From the IMG/VR virus record IMGVR_UViG_2579778753_000004: DNA of 34,205 nucleotides. One strand, 5' to 3'. The DNA comes from a virus. Lineage: Duplodnaviria > Heunggongvirae > Uroviricota > Caudoviricetes. Position 1 is the first letter of the stretch. The number at the start of each line of letters is the position of its first letter. Below are positions 17,481-26,054 of this stretch, piece by piece. The notes beneath the pieces are model-generated. The model had not been told where the DNA came from. It saw only the letters and a program-made list of their open reading frames with translations, and did not search any database. Position numbers and translations under genes: made by a program.

Positions 17481-18957
17481 GCAGACGCCCCCAGACAGTT
17501 GCAACAAACATAATCCGTGCCAGCCGTTCCTGCAGGTCTTCAGCGTTCATCTGCGGGTACAGCTCGGCCAGTTCGCCCAGCAGCTCAGACGGATTGACGC
17601 CATCTTCAACCCGCTTAAACAAAGGAGCCAGTACGGGTTCCAGCGTGCCATTTAACGCGCCTCCGTTCATCAGAATATCCAGCGCGTCGTCCAGGGCCTG
17701 CTGTGCCTGAATATCGGCATCAATAGCTTCGGCAAATGACAGCGGCAGCATGTTCTTCTGGCGTTCTGACGGTGGTGTCTCGTCAATATCACCGTCCTGC
17801 AGCTGGTACTCACGCTTGAAGTATTGCGGGGTGAAGACCACACCGGCGCGGCTGAGTTTCTCGTCGCGGGTTGCCTGGGTATCGTCGACCGTTCCCTGTT
17901 CCCACATCTTCCAGACGGGGCTGGCCACGTCGCCAAAGTTCATTGATACCGCCATCCTGATGGCCTGATTCACCGCGCTTTCCACGATATCAGCGTCAGC
18001 GTCACGGATATCATCAGTAACCTCCAGTCCGGCCTGCGCGGAGGCGCGGTTACTGTTGGCCTCGGTGGTCTGGTTCTGCCCCAGCAGGGCGATGGAGATT
18101 TCACTGCGGGCAAGCGTTATCAGGTTCTGATAAATATCGCTGCTGTCGGCCTTGCCTGCGGCCTCCTTAATTTCAATGGAGGAATCGTCGGGGATAGCGG
18201 CCACCGCGTCTTCCACCATTGCCTCCATGGAATCCAGCAGCAGGTCAATCTCACCCTGAGCGGTACCGCGCGGATGCTTGCCGATAACCCACGGTGAGCC
18301 ATATTTCTCGGCAAAGCGCACCCAGAACTTCATGCCGCCTTTTTTGAAGGTCACGGGCCAGAAGCACATCGACAGGTCAGGGAAGCCATACGGGTTATCG
18401 TAGGTCGCGTCCTGACGCGGTACCACAAACTTGTTCAGCGGTACCGGCTCGCCTTCCAGCCCGGCGTCCTTGGCGCGAAAGCGCAGCAGGTTGTCGTTGT
18501 CGAACTGGAACCACTCAGGGGGTTTACCTACGATATCGGCAATGGCCCAGGATTTAACAGAGCGTCCCCACATGATCTCACAGGGCTGATACCCGTAGAG
18601 AACGGCGTCGGTCATCTCGCCGATGATGCGGGACAGATCCAGATCGTCGAGCATATCCCGGATGAAGCTGAATACCCGCGCCGGGGCATGACCACGTTCA
18701 AGACCGCGCTCCAGCGATTTGACCGCCGCCTTACGCCTGCGGATGCAGCCACCGACCAGCGGGTCGGTACGCAGCTCGCGATAGATGCGGATATCCCGGC
18801 CCTGAGATTTCAGAATGGGGTCAGGGTTAGGCAGGTACATCCCCAGCCCGAAGAAGTCGATGGAACGGCTGCGCGAGGCGATCTGCTCCGTCAGTGTTTT
18901 ATTAGGTTCGGCAAATTTGACGAACTCACTGGGTGAAACCCAGAGTCCACGGGCCAT
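17461..18957 (-). CDS. Portal protein (Mu gp29 family)
   Basis: 498 aa between terminase large subunit and F. Confidence 0.8.
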   Translation of the reverse strand: MARGLWVSPSEFVKFAEPNKTLTEQIASRSRSIDFFGLGMYLPNPDPILKSQGRDIRIYRELRTDPLVGGCIRRRKAAVKSLERGLERGHAPARVFSFIRDMLDDLDLSRIIGEMTDAVLYGYQPCEIMWGRSVKSWAIADIVGKPPEWFQFDNDNLLRFRAKDAGLEGEPVPLNKFVVPRQDATYDNPYGFPDLSMCFWPVTFKKGGMKFWVRFAEKYGSPWVIGKHPRGTAQGEIDLLLDSMEAMVEDAVAAIPDDSSIEIKEAAGKADSSDIYQNLITLARSEISIALLGQNQTTEANSNRASAQAGLEVTDDIRDADADIVESAVNQAIRMAVSMNFGDVASPVWKMWEQGTVDDTQATRDEKLSRAGVVFTPQYFKREYQLQDGDIDETPPSERQKNMLPLSFAEAIDADIQAQQALDDALDILMNGGALNGTLEPVLAPLFKRVEDGVNPSELLGELAELYPQMNAEDLQERLARIMFVATVWGRLHERDNG

Positions 18958-20480
18958 CAGTAATCCTCCAGCATACGGGCCGCCTGACGACGACGGCGTG
19001 AGCTTGCCTTCACCGGCCCTTTGTTAATTTCACGACTGGCGAAGTACGCCAGCGCCAGTGCGATGGCTGAATCCCCGTGACGCTTGCCACTGTCAGACTT
19101 CGCTTTTGAGCGCTGTTCCGGCACGCGGGGAACGCCGTTTACCACCTGAACGGCCCGCAGGTCATCCAGCGTATCTTCATCCTTCGGTAAATCCACCAGG
19201 TTGCCATCTTCCAGCGCAGCCTTGACCGGCGGCATATGCTCGCGATACCAGTTTTCAGTTGGCATCACCTGCTTAACCCGGCTGGAGCCGTAGCGCTGCA
19301 TGGCGTATTCGGCGAGGTAAGAGCCGTTACCACGGGCATCAAGCGCCGCGCCCATCAGGTTTGGCAGGCCATCCATCAGGTACCAGGCGATTTGCTCCTG
19401 CTGTTTGAACGGCACGTTGCGCAGCTCCAGCACGAACGGCACGCGGCGAACCAGGTTCTTCTCCTGCAGCAGGGGATAGTCCACCGACAGGTCACCGCTG
19501 CGGCCAAAGTCGCGACCCAGGAAAGAACGTGCGTCAGCGGGGAGCGCCTCCAGCAACGGTTTCAGATGTGTATCAAGCCACTCCTGCGTCTCGCTCCAGC
19601 GGACATCATCGGGCTTCAGCTCGTAACCCTCCGGGCAGGTCAGACGCAACACCGGCGTGCCAGCCGACATACGGGACTCAATCAGGGCGCGGGACAGCCA
19701 GGCTCCGCCACCGTTGGCCGGAACACAGTCAAGCTCCTCCGATGCACCGGCACCGTAGAATTTGTACACCGATGCCATCCACGCCTGCTCGGATGCTTCC
19801 GACCATTCTTTCCCGGTACGCAGGCAGACGCGGTGGAACAGCCCTTGGGACACAGCCTCCTGAAAAGTAATGCGATGTACGCTGCCCCCCTGACGCCCGG
19901 CCCGGATATCACCGATAAGCGTATTGAACGGGTTATCGTCACCGTCATGGGTGGAGATAACGCGCACTTTACCGCCCCAGATAAGCATCGCCAGCGCCGC
20001 CTTCAGCAGTTCGTCCAGTTGCTCATGGAACGCCGCTTCGTCGATAACGATGATGCCCTGACGGCCACGCAGGTTAGACGGACGGCTGGAGAGCGCGACA
20101 ACGCGGAAGCCGGAGTCAGGGAATTTGATGGTGTAGGTCTTGATATGCTTGTCGTCTTCGTCCTCTTCCCAGAAACCCTCTTCGATTTCACTGGCGGCAT
20201 AGTTGAATGCCCGCGCCCACATCGCACACGCCTGGATATATTCGACGGTCATGTCCTGGTTATAGGCGATGTAATACACGTTCATCCCACCCGCAGGGGC
20301 TGAAGAGGCTGCGGTCAGCACGTCATCGGACGCCTCAGCCCAGGTGATACCGGTTCGGCGGCTCTTCTCAATCACCTTGAGCGGAGACGTGTCAGCCACC
20401 CAGCGCTGCTGGTAGGGCATCAGAACGGCGGGGATATCCAGCGCCGAGGTGTCAGGCAAAACAGGAGCAAGCTGGCTCAT
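18957..20480 (-). CDS. Terminase large subunit (Mu gp28-like)
   Basis: 507 aa; N-terminal ATPase and C-terminal nuclease regions; start/stop overlaps with neighbours. Confidence 0.85.
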   Translation of the reverse strand: MSQLAPVLPDTSALDIPAVLMPYQQRWVADTSPLKVIEKSRRTGITWAEASDDVLTAASSAPAGGMNVYYIAYNQDMTVEYIQACAMWARAFNYAASEIEEGFWEEDEDDKHIKTYTIKFPDSGFRVVALSSRPSNLRGRQGIIVIDEAAFHEQLDELLKAALAMLIWGGKVRVISTHDGDDNPFNTLIGDIRAGRQGGSVHRITFQEAVSQGLFHRVCLRTGKEWSEASEQAWMASVYKFYGAGASEELDCVPANGGGAWLSRALIESRMSAGTPVLRLTCPEGYELKPDDVRWSETQEWLDTHLKPLLEALPADARSFLGRDFGRSGDLSVDYPLLQEKNLVRRVPFVLELRNVPFKQQEQIAWYLMDGLPNLMGAALDARGNGSYLAEYAMQRYGSSRVKQVMPTENWYREHMPPVKAALEDGNLVDLPKDEDTLDDLRAVQVVNGVPRVPEQRSKAKSDSGKRHGDSAIALALAYFASREINKGPVKASSRRRRQAARMLEDY

Positions 20481-21025
20481 GAGGCAATCCCCAGAATTTC
20501 ACGACGCAGCGCCTGTACCGCATCGGTTGACAGTCCACCCTTACGGGCAATTTTCTCGGCGTTGCTGGCCGCCTGCTGCGCTCTGGCCCGGACTTCAGAC
20601 TGGAACTTCTTGAGGTTGACGGAAGCGCGGGACAGCGTGGCCACGTTCTTTGCCACCTTCGACAACAGCGCCACGCGCTCTTTGGGGTCGACTTCGCCTT
20701 CTTCCGCTTCCTGCAGCTGGACGATGCTCTCGAACAGCTCGGTCTGAATCAGGGCGATCACCGCCTCCGAACGTGCATCCTGATCGTCAGCCGCACCTTC
20801 GGTCAGCATCCGGGCCGCTTCAGTGGCTGCACGGATAGCGCCATAGCGGCGCTCAATCTTCTGGCCATAGCGATGGATAGCCGATTTGCTGATGACATAA
20901 CCCTGCTCACGCAGCAGGGACTCCAGCTCGTTATACCCGCTGAAGCCGGATTCAGTCAGCGCCCGCTCAAGCCAGCGACGCACGTCTTCCGGCAGCTTTT
21001 CTATCGTGCTGCGTCTGGCCATCAT
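20477..21025 (-). CDS. Terminase small subunit-like protein (Mu gp27-like)
   Basis: 182 aa immediately upstream of large subunit, ATGA overlap. Confidence 0.65.
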   Translation of the reverse strand: MMARRSTIEKLPEDVRRWLERALTESGFSGYNELESLLREQGYVISKSAIHRYGQKIERRYGAIRAATEAARMLTEGAADDQDARSEAVIALIQTELFESIVQLQEAEEGEVDPKERVALLSKVAKNVATLSRASVNLKKFQSEVRARAQQAASNAEKIARKGGLSTDAVQALRREILGIAS

Positions 21026-21333
21026 TCACTCCAGTACTTTTCCGGGCGGGCGATACCGGGGCCGCATTCCACGGTATATTCCACCAGGTCAACGCCGAGG
21101 CGGGTCAGGTCGGCAAACCAGTCGCCGGAGGGTTTTTTCTCCAGATCAACCATCTTGCGGTCGGACAGATAATCCAGCTCACGGCGCAGCTCCAGCGGAG
21201 TGGTGTCCGGGTAGATGGCGCGGGACACGTCCAGCAGCAGCGTCTCGCTGGCGGTGTACGGGCGGGTTTTGTTCAGAGCAACCAGCAGACTCCAGCGCAG
21301 GGATTCCCGGCGCACGCGGGCGATATCAACCAT
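21022..21333 (-). CDS. Hypothetical protein
   Basis: Start at ATG 21333 (MVDIARVRRESL...) with AGGAGG RBS. Confidence 0.5.
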   Translation of the reverse strand: MVDIARVRRESLRWSLLVALNKTRPYTASETLLLDVSRAIYPDTTPLELRRELDYLSDRKMVDLEKKPSGDWFADLTRLGVDLVEYTVECGPGIARPEKYWSE

Positions 21334-21658
21334 GGTGACCTCCTGTATGACGATACTGCTGTACCACTTCCAGTTTGTTGTAGAGTGCGTCCAGCTTGGC
21401 CTCGATGACCGTCTGCCCACGGATGTAATCCTCGCGGCGGACGTAGTTCAGCGGTAAATCCGCCTTAAACCGCATAAATTCTTTTTCCAGCTCGCCCCAG
21501 TTGGAAGCGGACTGTTGCAGCGACTGCTCAAGAGAGGCGAACCGCGCCGCCTGGCGCTCCTCCGCTTTACTGAACAGCCACTTGGCCATACCGCCGACAA
21601 AGCTCATGAAGGTGATGAGAAAGCCCACCACCGTCCAGAATTCAACCTGCAACGTCAT
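21326..21658 (-). CDS. Membrane-anchored coiled-coil protein
   Basis: Start at ATG 21658 (MTLQVEFWTVVGFLITFMSFVGG...), one transmembrane segment then coiled coil; ATGA overlap with the spanin stop. Confidence 0.5.
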   Translation of the reverse strand: MTLQVEFWTVVGFLITFMSFVGGMAKWLFSKAEERQAARFASLEQSLQQSASNWGELEKEFMRFKADLPLNYVRREDYIRGQTVIEAKLDALYNKLEVVQQYRHTGGHHG

Positions 21659-22308
21659 TTCTGTAATCCTTCCCGTTCGTCCAGCAGCCCGTTTATCTGG
21701 CTGCGCCAGATGCGGCACTGCTTCGCGTTGTCGATGATGTTGGCGAGGACATCACGCTGGGAGACGCCTGAGTTGCGTAGCCAGGCGTCAGCGGCTTCAG
21801 GTTGCCCGGACGCTGCGCCAGTGCCGGTGCCAGCGGCGGCAGTTGCGTCTGAATGACCGGTGTCGACGGATGCGTTGTCATATCCGAGCGCGGCGTTGTA
21901 CTGGCGCACGAAACCGCGAGTAAACACGCACTCAATGGGATGGCTCTTACCTTTTTCATCAATCCAGCGCTGTGTGACATCGTTAATTTGCCCCTGTAGT
22001 TGTTTGTTCTGGCTCTCCAGTTGAGCAATCTGCTCAAGGTAACTGGCTTCAGCCTGCTGCCCGGCGGCTACCTGTTCCTGATACCGTTTCGCCCAAGCCC
22101 GCAACGCAGCGTTCTCAAGCGTTGCCTGCTCCGTTTTGTACGTGTCGAATGCTGACTGCAACTCACTGACCGCCTTATCGCCGTCGCGCGTGGCGTTTTC
22201 ATGCCCGCTTTTGTAGCCCAGGTAATAAAGCCCAATCAGAAAAGCATTTATGACCACCGCCAGCAGCAGACTGCGCCACGGCAGATTTTTTAGCAGGTTA
22301 GTCCACAC
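21655..22308 (-). CDS. Rz-like inner-membrane spanin
   Basis: GTG start with GGAGG RBS overlapping the endolysin stop; N-terminal transmembrane segment WRSLLLAVVINAFLIGLYYLGY, then coiled coil. Confidence 0.6.
   Translation of the reverse strand: MWTNLLKNLPWRSLLLAVVINAFLIGLYYLGYKSGHENATRDGDKAVSELQSAFDTYKTEQATLENAALRAWAKRYQEQVAAGQQAEASYLEQIAQLESQNKQLQGQINDVTQRWIDEKGKSHPIECVFTRGFVRQYNAALGYDNASVDTGHSDATAAAGTGTGAASGQPEAADAWLRNSGVSQRDVLANIIDNAKQCRIWRSQINGLLDEREGLQK
21693..21959 (-). CDS. Rz1-like outer-membrane lipoprotein spanin, embedded in the +1 frame of Rz
   Basis: MKKVRAIPLSACLLAVSC... signal and lipobox-like Cys, then a Pro-rich mature region; wholly inside the Rz-like gene. Confidence 0.55.
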   Translation of the reverse strand: MKKVRAIPLSACLLAVSCASTTPRSDMTTHPSTPVIQTQLPPLAPALAQRPGNLKPLTPGYATQASPSVMSSPTSSTTRSSAASGAAR

Positions 22309-23035
22309 AGCTGCCGCCTCCCCAGGTGAGATAACGCGGGGCCAGTTCGTGCAGGATGCGCTGCGGATAATGACGGTTCTCCCGCCAGTTGGCAGTGCTG
22401 CGTCCGGCATTCACCGTGGCGACATGACCAAACCAGCGGGTGCTGTCCAGCCCCTGCTGCGAGGCCAGCCGTTTGTCCCGCTGTACCCAGCCCAGACCAC
22501 CGTTATAGCCTGACAGCGTCATGGCCATACGCTCGCAGTCATTGACGGCGCTGACGCGTTGCCACAGCCAGCGGTCATAGCTGACCAGCGCCCGGATGGC
22601 CCAAGACGGATTAAACGGTTCACGGCTGTTAAGCCCCGGCATCAGCTGACTTATCCAGTCAGCGGTGGTGGGCATAAACTGCGCCAGTCCCTGAGCGCCA
22701 ACCGGCGAGACCGCATCAGGTCGCCAGCCGCTTTCCTGATGCAGCTGCGCGGCGAAGTCGGCCACCGGCGCAGACATTCCCCATTCAAGCCGGGCATTAC
22801 GGATCACATCGTCGCGATACTGCAGCGCGGTCTGCGGTGGCTGGGCAGCGCGGGCCTGACTGAAGAAGCCGCCACACCAGAGCAGCCAGGCTACCGTTAC
22901 TGAACCAAAGAGCTGCCACCAGAAACTGTGCTTACCCGTTCGGGCCTGCCCGTGGCGGGCCAGTTCGATGCCCAGCCCCAGCAGTACCAGCACGGCCCAG
23001 ACAACCTGAGGCCAGTACATATAGAGGGTCATCAT
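22298..23035 (-). CDS. Lytic transglycosylase endolysin (SLT domain) with hydrophobic N-terminus (possible SAR-type)
   Basis: SLT catalytic motif ...QESGWRPDAVSPVGAQGLAQFMP...; about 60 N-terminal residues with two hydrophobic stretches. Confidence 0.8.
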   Translation of the reverse strand: MMTLYMYWPQVVWAVLVLLGLGIELARHGQARTGKHSFWWQLFGSVTVAWLLWCGGFFSQARAAQPPQTALQYRDDVIRNARLEWGMSAPVADFAAQLHQESGWRPDAVSPVGAQGLAQFMPTTADWISQLMPGLNSREPFNPSWAIRALVSYDRWLWQRVSAVNDCERMAMTLSGYNGGLGWVQRDKRLASQQGLDSTRWFGHVATVNAGRSTANWRENRHYPQRILHELAPRYLTWGGGSCVD

Positions 23036-23385
23036 TAAAGCCCCATCGCTACGGCCAGACAGACTGCAGCAACAATCAGCGCACGGCGGATTAGCGCAGC
23101 AGAAAAGACCAGGTGAAGGCCAGTCTGGACAGGGAAGCGACCATCAGCCATCAGCCTGTCATCATGCTTCAGGTACTGACCGGGACGGGCTTTGGGGAAA
23201 AGCGAACGGTCAAGCCAGTAGCCCAATACTGCCGCCAGCGTGATGAGTGATAGCTTGTAGACAACCACCGGCAGCTGCTGGGGCGATACCAGACCGATGG
23301 TGCCGAGCAGCAGCACAGCGGTCAGCAGCCAGCCGCTGAGACGTGGCTTTTTAACAGGGGGAATGAATTTTTTCAGGTTTTTCAT
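23035..23385 (-). CDS. Putative holin (three predicted transmembrane segments)
   Basis: Start at ATG 23385 (MKNLKKF...) with RBS AAGGAGA; first gene of the late operon, just upstream of the endolysin. Confidence 0.5.
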   Translation of the reverse strand: MKNLKKFIPPVKKPRLSGWLLTAVLLLGTIGLVSPQQLPVVVYKLSLITLAAVLGYWLDRSLFPKARPGQYLKHDDRLMADGRFPVQTGLHLVFSAALIRRALIVAAVCLAVAMGL

Positions 23386-23497
23386 GAGCGTCTCCTTGTG
23401 TAGTGGAGACAGCATCACAAATGGTCGGGGAAAGGGATTTTAAACAGCGTTAATAGTGAGGATGCAGACGTGAACCGCATGATGGCTTTGAAAGAAC

Positions 23498-23529
23498 GAC
23501 CAGCCCGGTGCGGTAACACCAGGCTGGTC
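23498..23529. promoter_or_regulatory. 32-bp palindrome in the divergent late/dam control region
   Basis: GACCAGCCCGGTG-CGGTAA-CACCAGGCTGGTC, 13-bp arms with one mismatch; GACCAG recurs in direct orientation at 23558 and 23583. Confidence 0.4.
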
Positions 23530-23632
23530 ATCAACCCACAGGTATGCACTGTGAGCCGACCAGGGTTCAGTCAGTCTCGCGAGACCAGACTAGCCTGCCA
23601 TATTTTCATTGATTGCAAAAGGCTTACGGATA

Positions 23633-24403
23633 ATGAAAGAACAATCTTTACCCATCGTCCCATGGATTGGCGGTAAACGTCGTCTGGCGAAGCATATTTT
23701 ACCATTGTTTCCGGCCCATACCTGCTATGTGGAGCCGTTCTGCGGGGCAGCTGCGCTCTATTTCCTAAAGACTCCCAGCAAGACCGAAGTCATTAACGAT
23801 ATCAACGGGGAACTGGTGAACCTCTATCGGGTGGTCAAGCATCATCTGGAAGAATTTATTCGCCAGTTCAAATGGGCGCTGGTCAGCCGTCAGATTTACA
23901 AATGGTTGCAGGATACGCCGGAAGAAACGCTCACCGACATTCAGCGGGCGGCCCGGTTCTACTACCTGCAGAAACAGGCATTTGGCGGCAAGGTCGCCGA
24001 TCACACATTCGGTACCTCTACAACCAGTGCGCCGCGCTTCAATTTGCTGCGTATTGAGGAAGAACTGTCGATGGCACACCTGCGCCTGTCGAGAACGCTG
24101 ATAGAGCATCTGGACTGGCACCAGTGCATAGAGCGATATGATCGCCCGCATACGCTGTTCTACTGTGACCCACCGTACTGGGGAACGGAAGGCTATGGTG
24201 TGGAGTTCGGGCTGGAAAACTATGATCACATGGCAGATTTAGCGCGAAGGATCAAAGGGAAGATGATTATATCAGTGAACGATATCCCGGAAATGCGGCA
24301 GGTATTCAACGGTCTGAACATGCAGTCGGTTGATATCAGCTACAACCTTAAGGTAACAGGCAAACCCAGCCCGAAGAAAGAGCTGGTAATTTGTAATTTT
24401 TGA
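23633..24403 (+). CDS. DNA N6-adenine methyltransferase, Dam-like (orphan)
   Basis: N-terminal PWIGGKRRL and catalytic DPPY (YCDPPYWGTEGYG) motifs; start taken at ATG 23633 (the ORF track starts at a TTG at 23609). Confidence 0.8.
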   Translation: MKEQSLPIVPWIGGKRRLAKHILPLFPAHTCYVEPFCGAAALYFLKTPSKTEVINDINGELVNLYRVVKHHLEEFIRQFKWALVSRQIYKWLQDTPEETLTDIQRAARFYYLQKQAFGGKVADHTFGTSTTSAPRFNLLRIEEELSMAHLRLSRTLIEHLDWHQCIERYDRPHTLFYCDPPYWGTEGYGVEFGLENYDHMADLARRIKGKMIISVNDIPEMRQVFNGLNMQSVDISYNLKVTGKPSPKKELVICNF

Positions 24404-24420
24404 AAGAGGTAGTTAAAGGT

Positions 24421-24443
24421 GGTGGTGCATCTGCAGCACCACC
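24421..24443. terminator. Candidate terminator hairpin between convergent dam and lipoprotein genes
   Basis: GGTGGTGC-ATCTGCA-GCACCACC, 8-bp GC-rich stem; on the minus strand it is followed by UUUAACUACCUCUUU. Confidence 0.4.
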
Positions 24444-24450
24444 TAAACAT

Positions 24451-24984
24451 TTAATCCTGCCTTGGACAAGTCCAATAATCATTATCTGGCTCTGGTGAAT
24501 AAGCTTTCAAACAACCTGCTCGCGGGGTCTTACCATCATCTGTCATAGGAACTTTTTCCTTATCAAGTTTCACGGTCAGGTCTCCACCAGGAACATCCGT
24601 TTTATCGAAAAAAACAGCCTGACATGCTGATTTAGATATTTTCACTTCGTGGGCATTATTTGATATGAACAAATAACAATTATGACCAGAGGCTATGTAG
24701 TCACTTGGAATATTATTTTCGTCTTTAATATGAAACTGCACCGTTGTCACCGGGCGTTCGCTATCCTCGGATACTTCGACTTTTTCAAAACTGTCCGCGT
24801 ACTTATCCAGGCCGGGGAGTTGTTGGCGAATAAACGGTAATTCGCGATTTACAACCGGATTATCTGTTTCAACGCTAAAAACCGCGTGCTCCTTAGCTGT
24901 GGTGGACGTATCAGCAGGATCGGTATTATCTCCACACCCAGATAAAACAAATATCAACGGTAAAAATAATTTGCGCATAGTCAT
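24451..24984 (-). CDS. Secreted lipoprotein, low-GC accessory gene downstream of the repressor
   Basis: MTMRKLFLPLIFVLSGC lipobox LSGC; a hand count over 100 nt gave about 44% GC versus visibly GC-richer flanks; same strand as, and 36 bp downstream of, the repressor gene; RBS GAGGT. Confidence 0.7.
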   Translation of the reverse strand: MTMRKLFLPLIFVLSGCGDNTDPADTSTTAKEHAVFSVETDNPVVNRELPFIRQQLPGLDKYADSFEKVEVSEDSERPVTTVQFHIKDENNIPSDYIASGHNCYLFISNNAHEVKISKSACQAVFFDKTDVPGGDLTVKLDKEKVPMTDDGKTPRAGCLKAYSPEPDNDYWTCPRQD

Positions 24985-25019
24985 GTCCTTATACCTCTAA
25001 TGTTCTTAATAGGAACAGA

Positions 25020-25430
25020 TTAACCCGTATTTTTTAATCTTTCGAACGCTGCGGACAGCTCCTTAAGCTGTTTTTCCATATCAATCATTCGCTGTTTTTC
25101 CTCAGCGCCTCGCAGCAACTCTTTTCGCACCTCTGGCTCCAGTTGGTTGAGCAGCTCCAATAACTTCAGATCAGACTGGTTGAAATGCTGCTCCTGATTA
25201 GCTGGCTGTGCTTTCTCTACCCCAACAGCTTCCCCTTTACCAGTAAGTAGCCAATCTATTGATATGTTCAAATGGGTGCTTAGCGCAACAAGAGCCTCTG
25301 CATTAGGTTCTCTCTCTCCACGCAGATAGTTTTGAAGTGAGCGATATGGAATTTTTGACAAGTCTGACAATGCCTTAATTGTCAGACCCTTAGCATCCAT
25401 CGCTTCGCGCAATCTCTCTTTTATACTCAT
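25020..25430 (-). CDS. Prophage repressor (XRE/Cro-CI type HTH, C-terminal coiled coil)
   Basis: Start at ATG 25430 (MSIKERLREAMDAKGLTIKALSDLSKIPYRSLQNYLRGE...); divergent from the early operon. Confidence 0.75.
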   Translation of the reverse strand: MSIKERLREAMDAKGLTIKALSDLSKIPYRSLQNYLRGEREPNAEALVALSTHLNISIDWLLTGKGEAVGVEKAQPANQEQHFNQSDLKLLELLNQLEPEVRKELLRGAEEKQRMIDMEKQLKELSAAFERLKNTG

Positions 25431-25446
25431 TTGAACATATCTCAAT

Positions 25447-25474
25447 TTGACATACCCGTTTGGGTGCGTACAAT
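25447..25474 (+). promoter_or_regulatory. Early promoter (Pe-like) with overlapping operator repeats
   Basis: -35 TTGACA (25447-25452), 16-bp spacer, -10 TACAAT (25469-25474); inverted TTGGGT/ACCCAA pair brackets the -10 and a further ACCCAA lies downstream. Confidence 0.6.
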
Positions 25475-25518
25475 AGACCCAATAGAGTACATCATAACCC
25501 AACAGGAACACGGTGCAT

Positions 25519-25743
25519 ATGAACAAACAACAAGTTCGGGCACGGCTGGTTGAAAGAGGCAGTAGCTTGCGCCAGTTCGCGCTTAACGCGGGCTATGAGC
25601 CACGAACAGTCACCCAGGCTGTCAGCCGCTGGGCAGGCAAAAGCGAACTTCCACGCGGTCGTTTGACTTATCGGATTTTGCGAGACCTTTCGGTCGCAAT
25701 AGGCAAAGAAGTTACCCCCGGCATCCTCAAGGAGGCGTCATGA
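25519..25743 (+). CDS. ner: Ner-like DNA-binding protein
   Basis: 75 aa ...LRQFALNAGYEPRTVTQAVSRWAG...; first gene of the early operon, RBS AGGAA. Confidence 0.7.
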   Translation: MNKQQVRARLVERGSSLRQFALNAGYEPRTVTQAVSRWAGKSELPRGRLTYRILRDLSVAIGKEVTPGILKEAS

Positions 25744-26045
25744 GTAAACCAAATACATCAAGCTCAGGTACCCGTATTTTGCGTGTCCTTAAGGCTTTAC
25801 GCGGTCACGCTCTGAACGGTGTTTCTAACGGCGAGCTGGCGTCAGCTCTGGGCGAGTCCCCGGCGAATATCAATCGGGCGCTCAATACCCTTATCGAAGA
25901 AGGACTGGCCCTGAAACTGGATAACGGGCGTTTTGCCCCAGGAGTCCAGCTCTTACAAATCGCCATGGCGCACAGTACCGAAATGGCGCGGGCGCAGGAT
26001 CGTATCAATGAAATTAACCAGCGTGTTATGGCTGGTAGTCGCTAA
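25740..26045 (+). CDS. Small winged-helix DNA-binding protein
   Basis: 101 aa, HTH-like ILRVLKALRGHALNGVSNGELASALGESPANINRALNTLIEEGLA; ATGA overlap with ner; RBS AAGGAGG. Confidence 0.55.
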   Translation: MSKPNTSSSGTRILRVLKALRGHALNGVSNGELASALGESPANINRALNTLIEEGLALKLDNGRFAPGVQLLQIAMAHSTEMARAQDRINEINQRVMAGSR

Positions 26046-26054
26046 GGAGTTGAA

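Noticed and set aside
16659-17507. ORF-track start codons for several late and regulatory genes (for example 17507, 16923, 13679, 21718, 23418, 25526)
   Set aside because: These upstream starts overlap the preceding gene extensively or lack an RBS; internal ATG or GTG codons with Shine-Dalgarno sequences and stop/start coupling were preferred.
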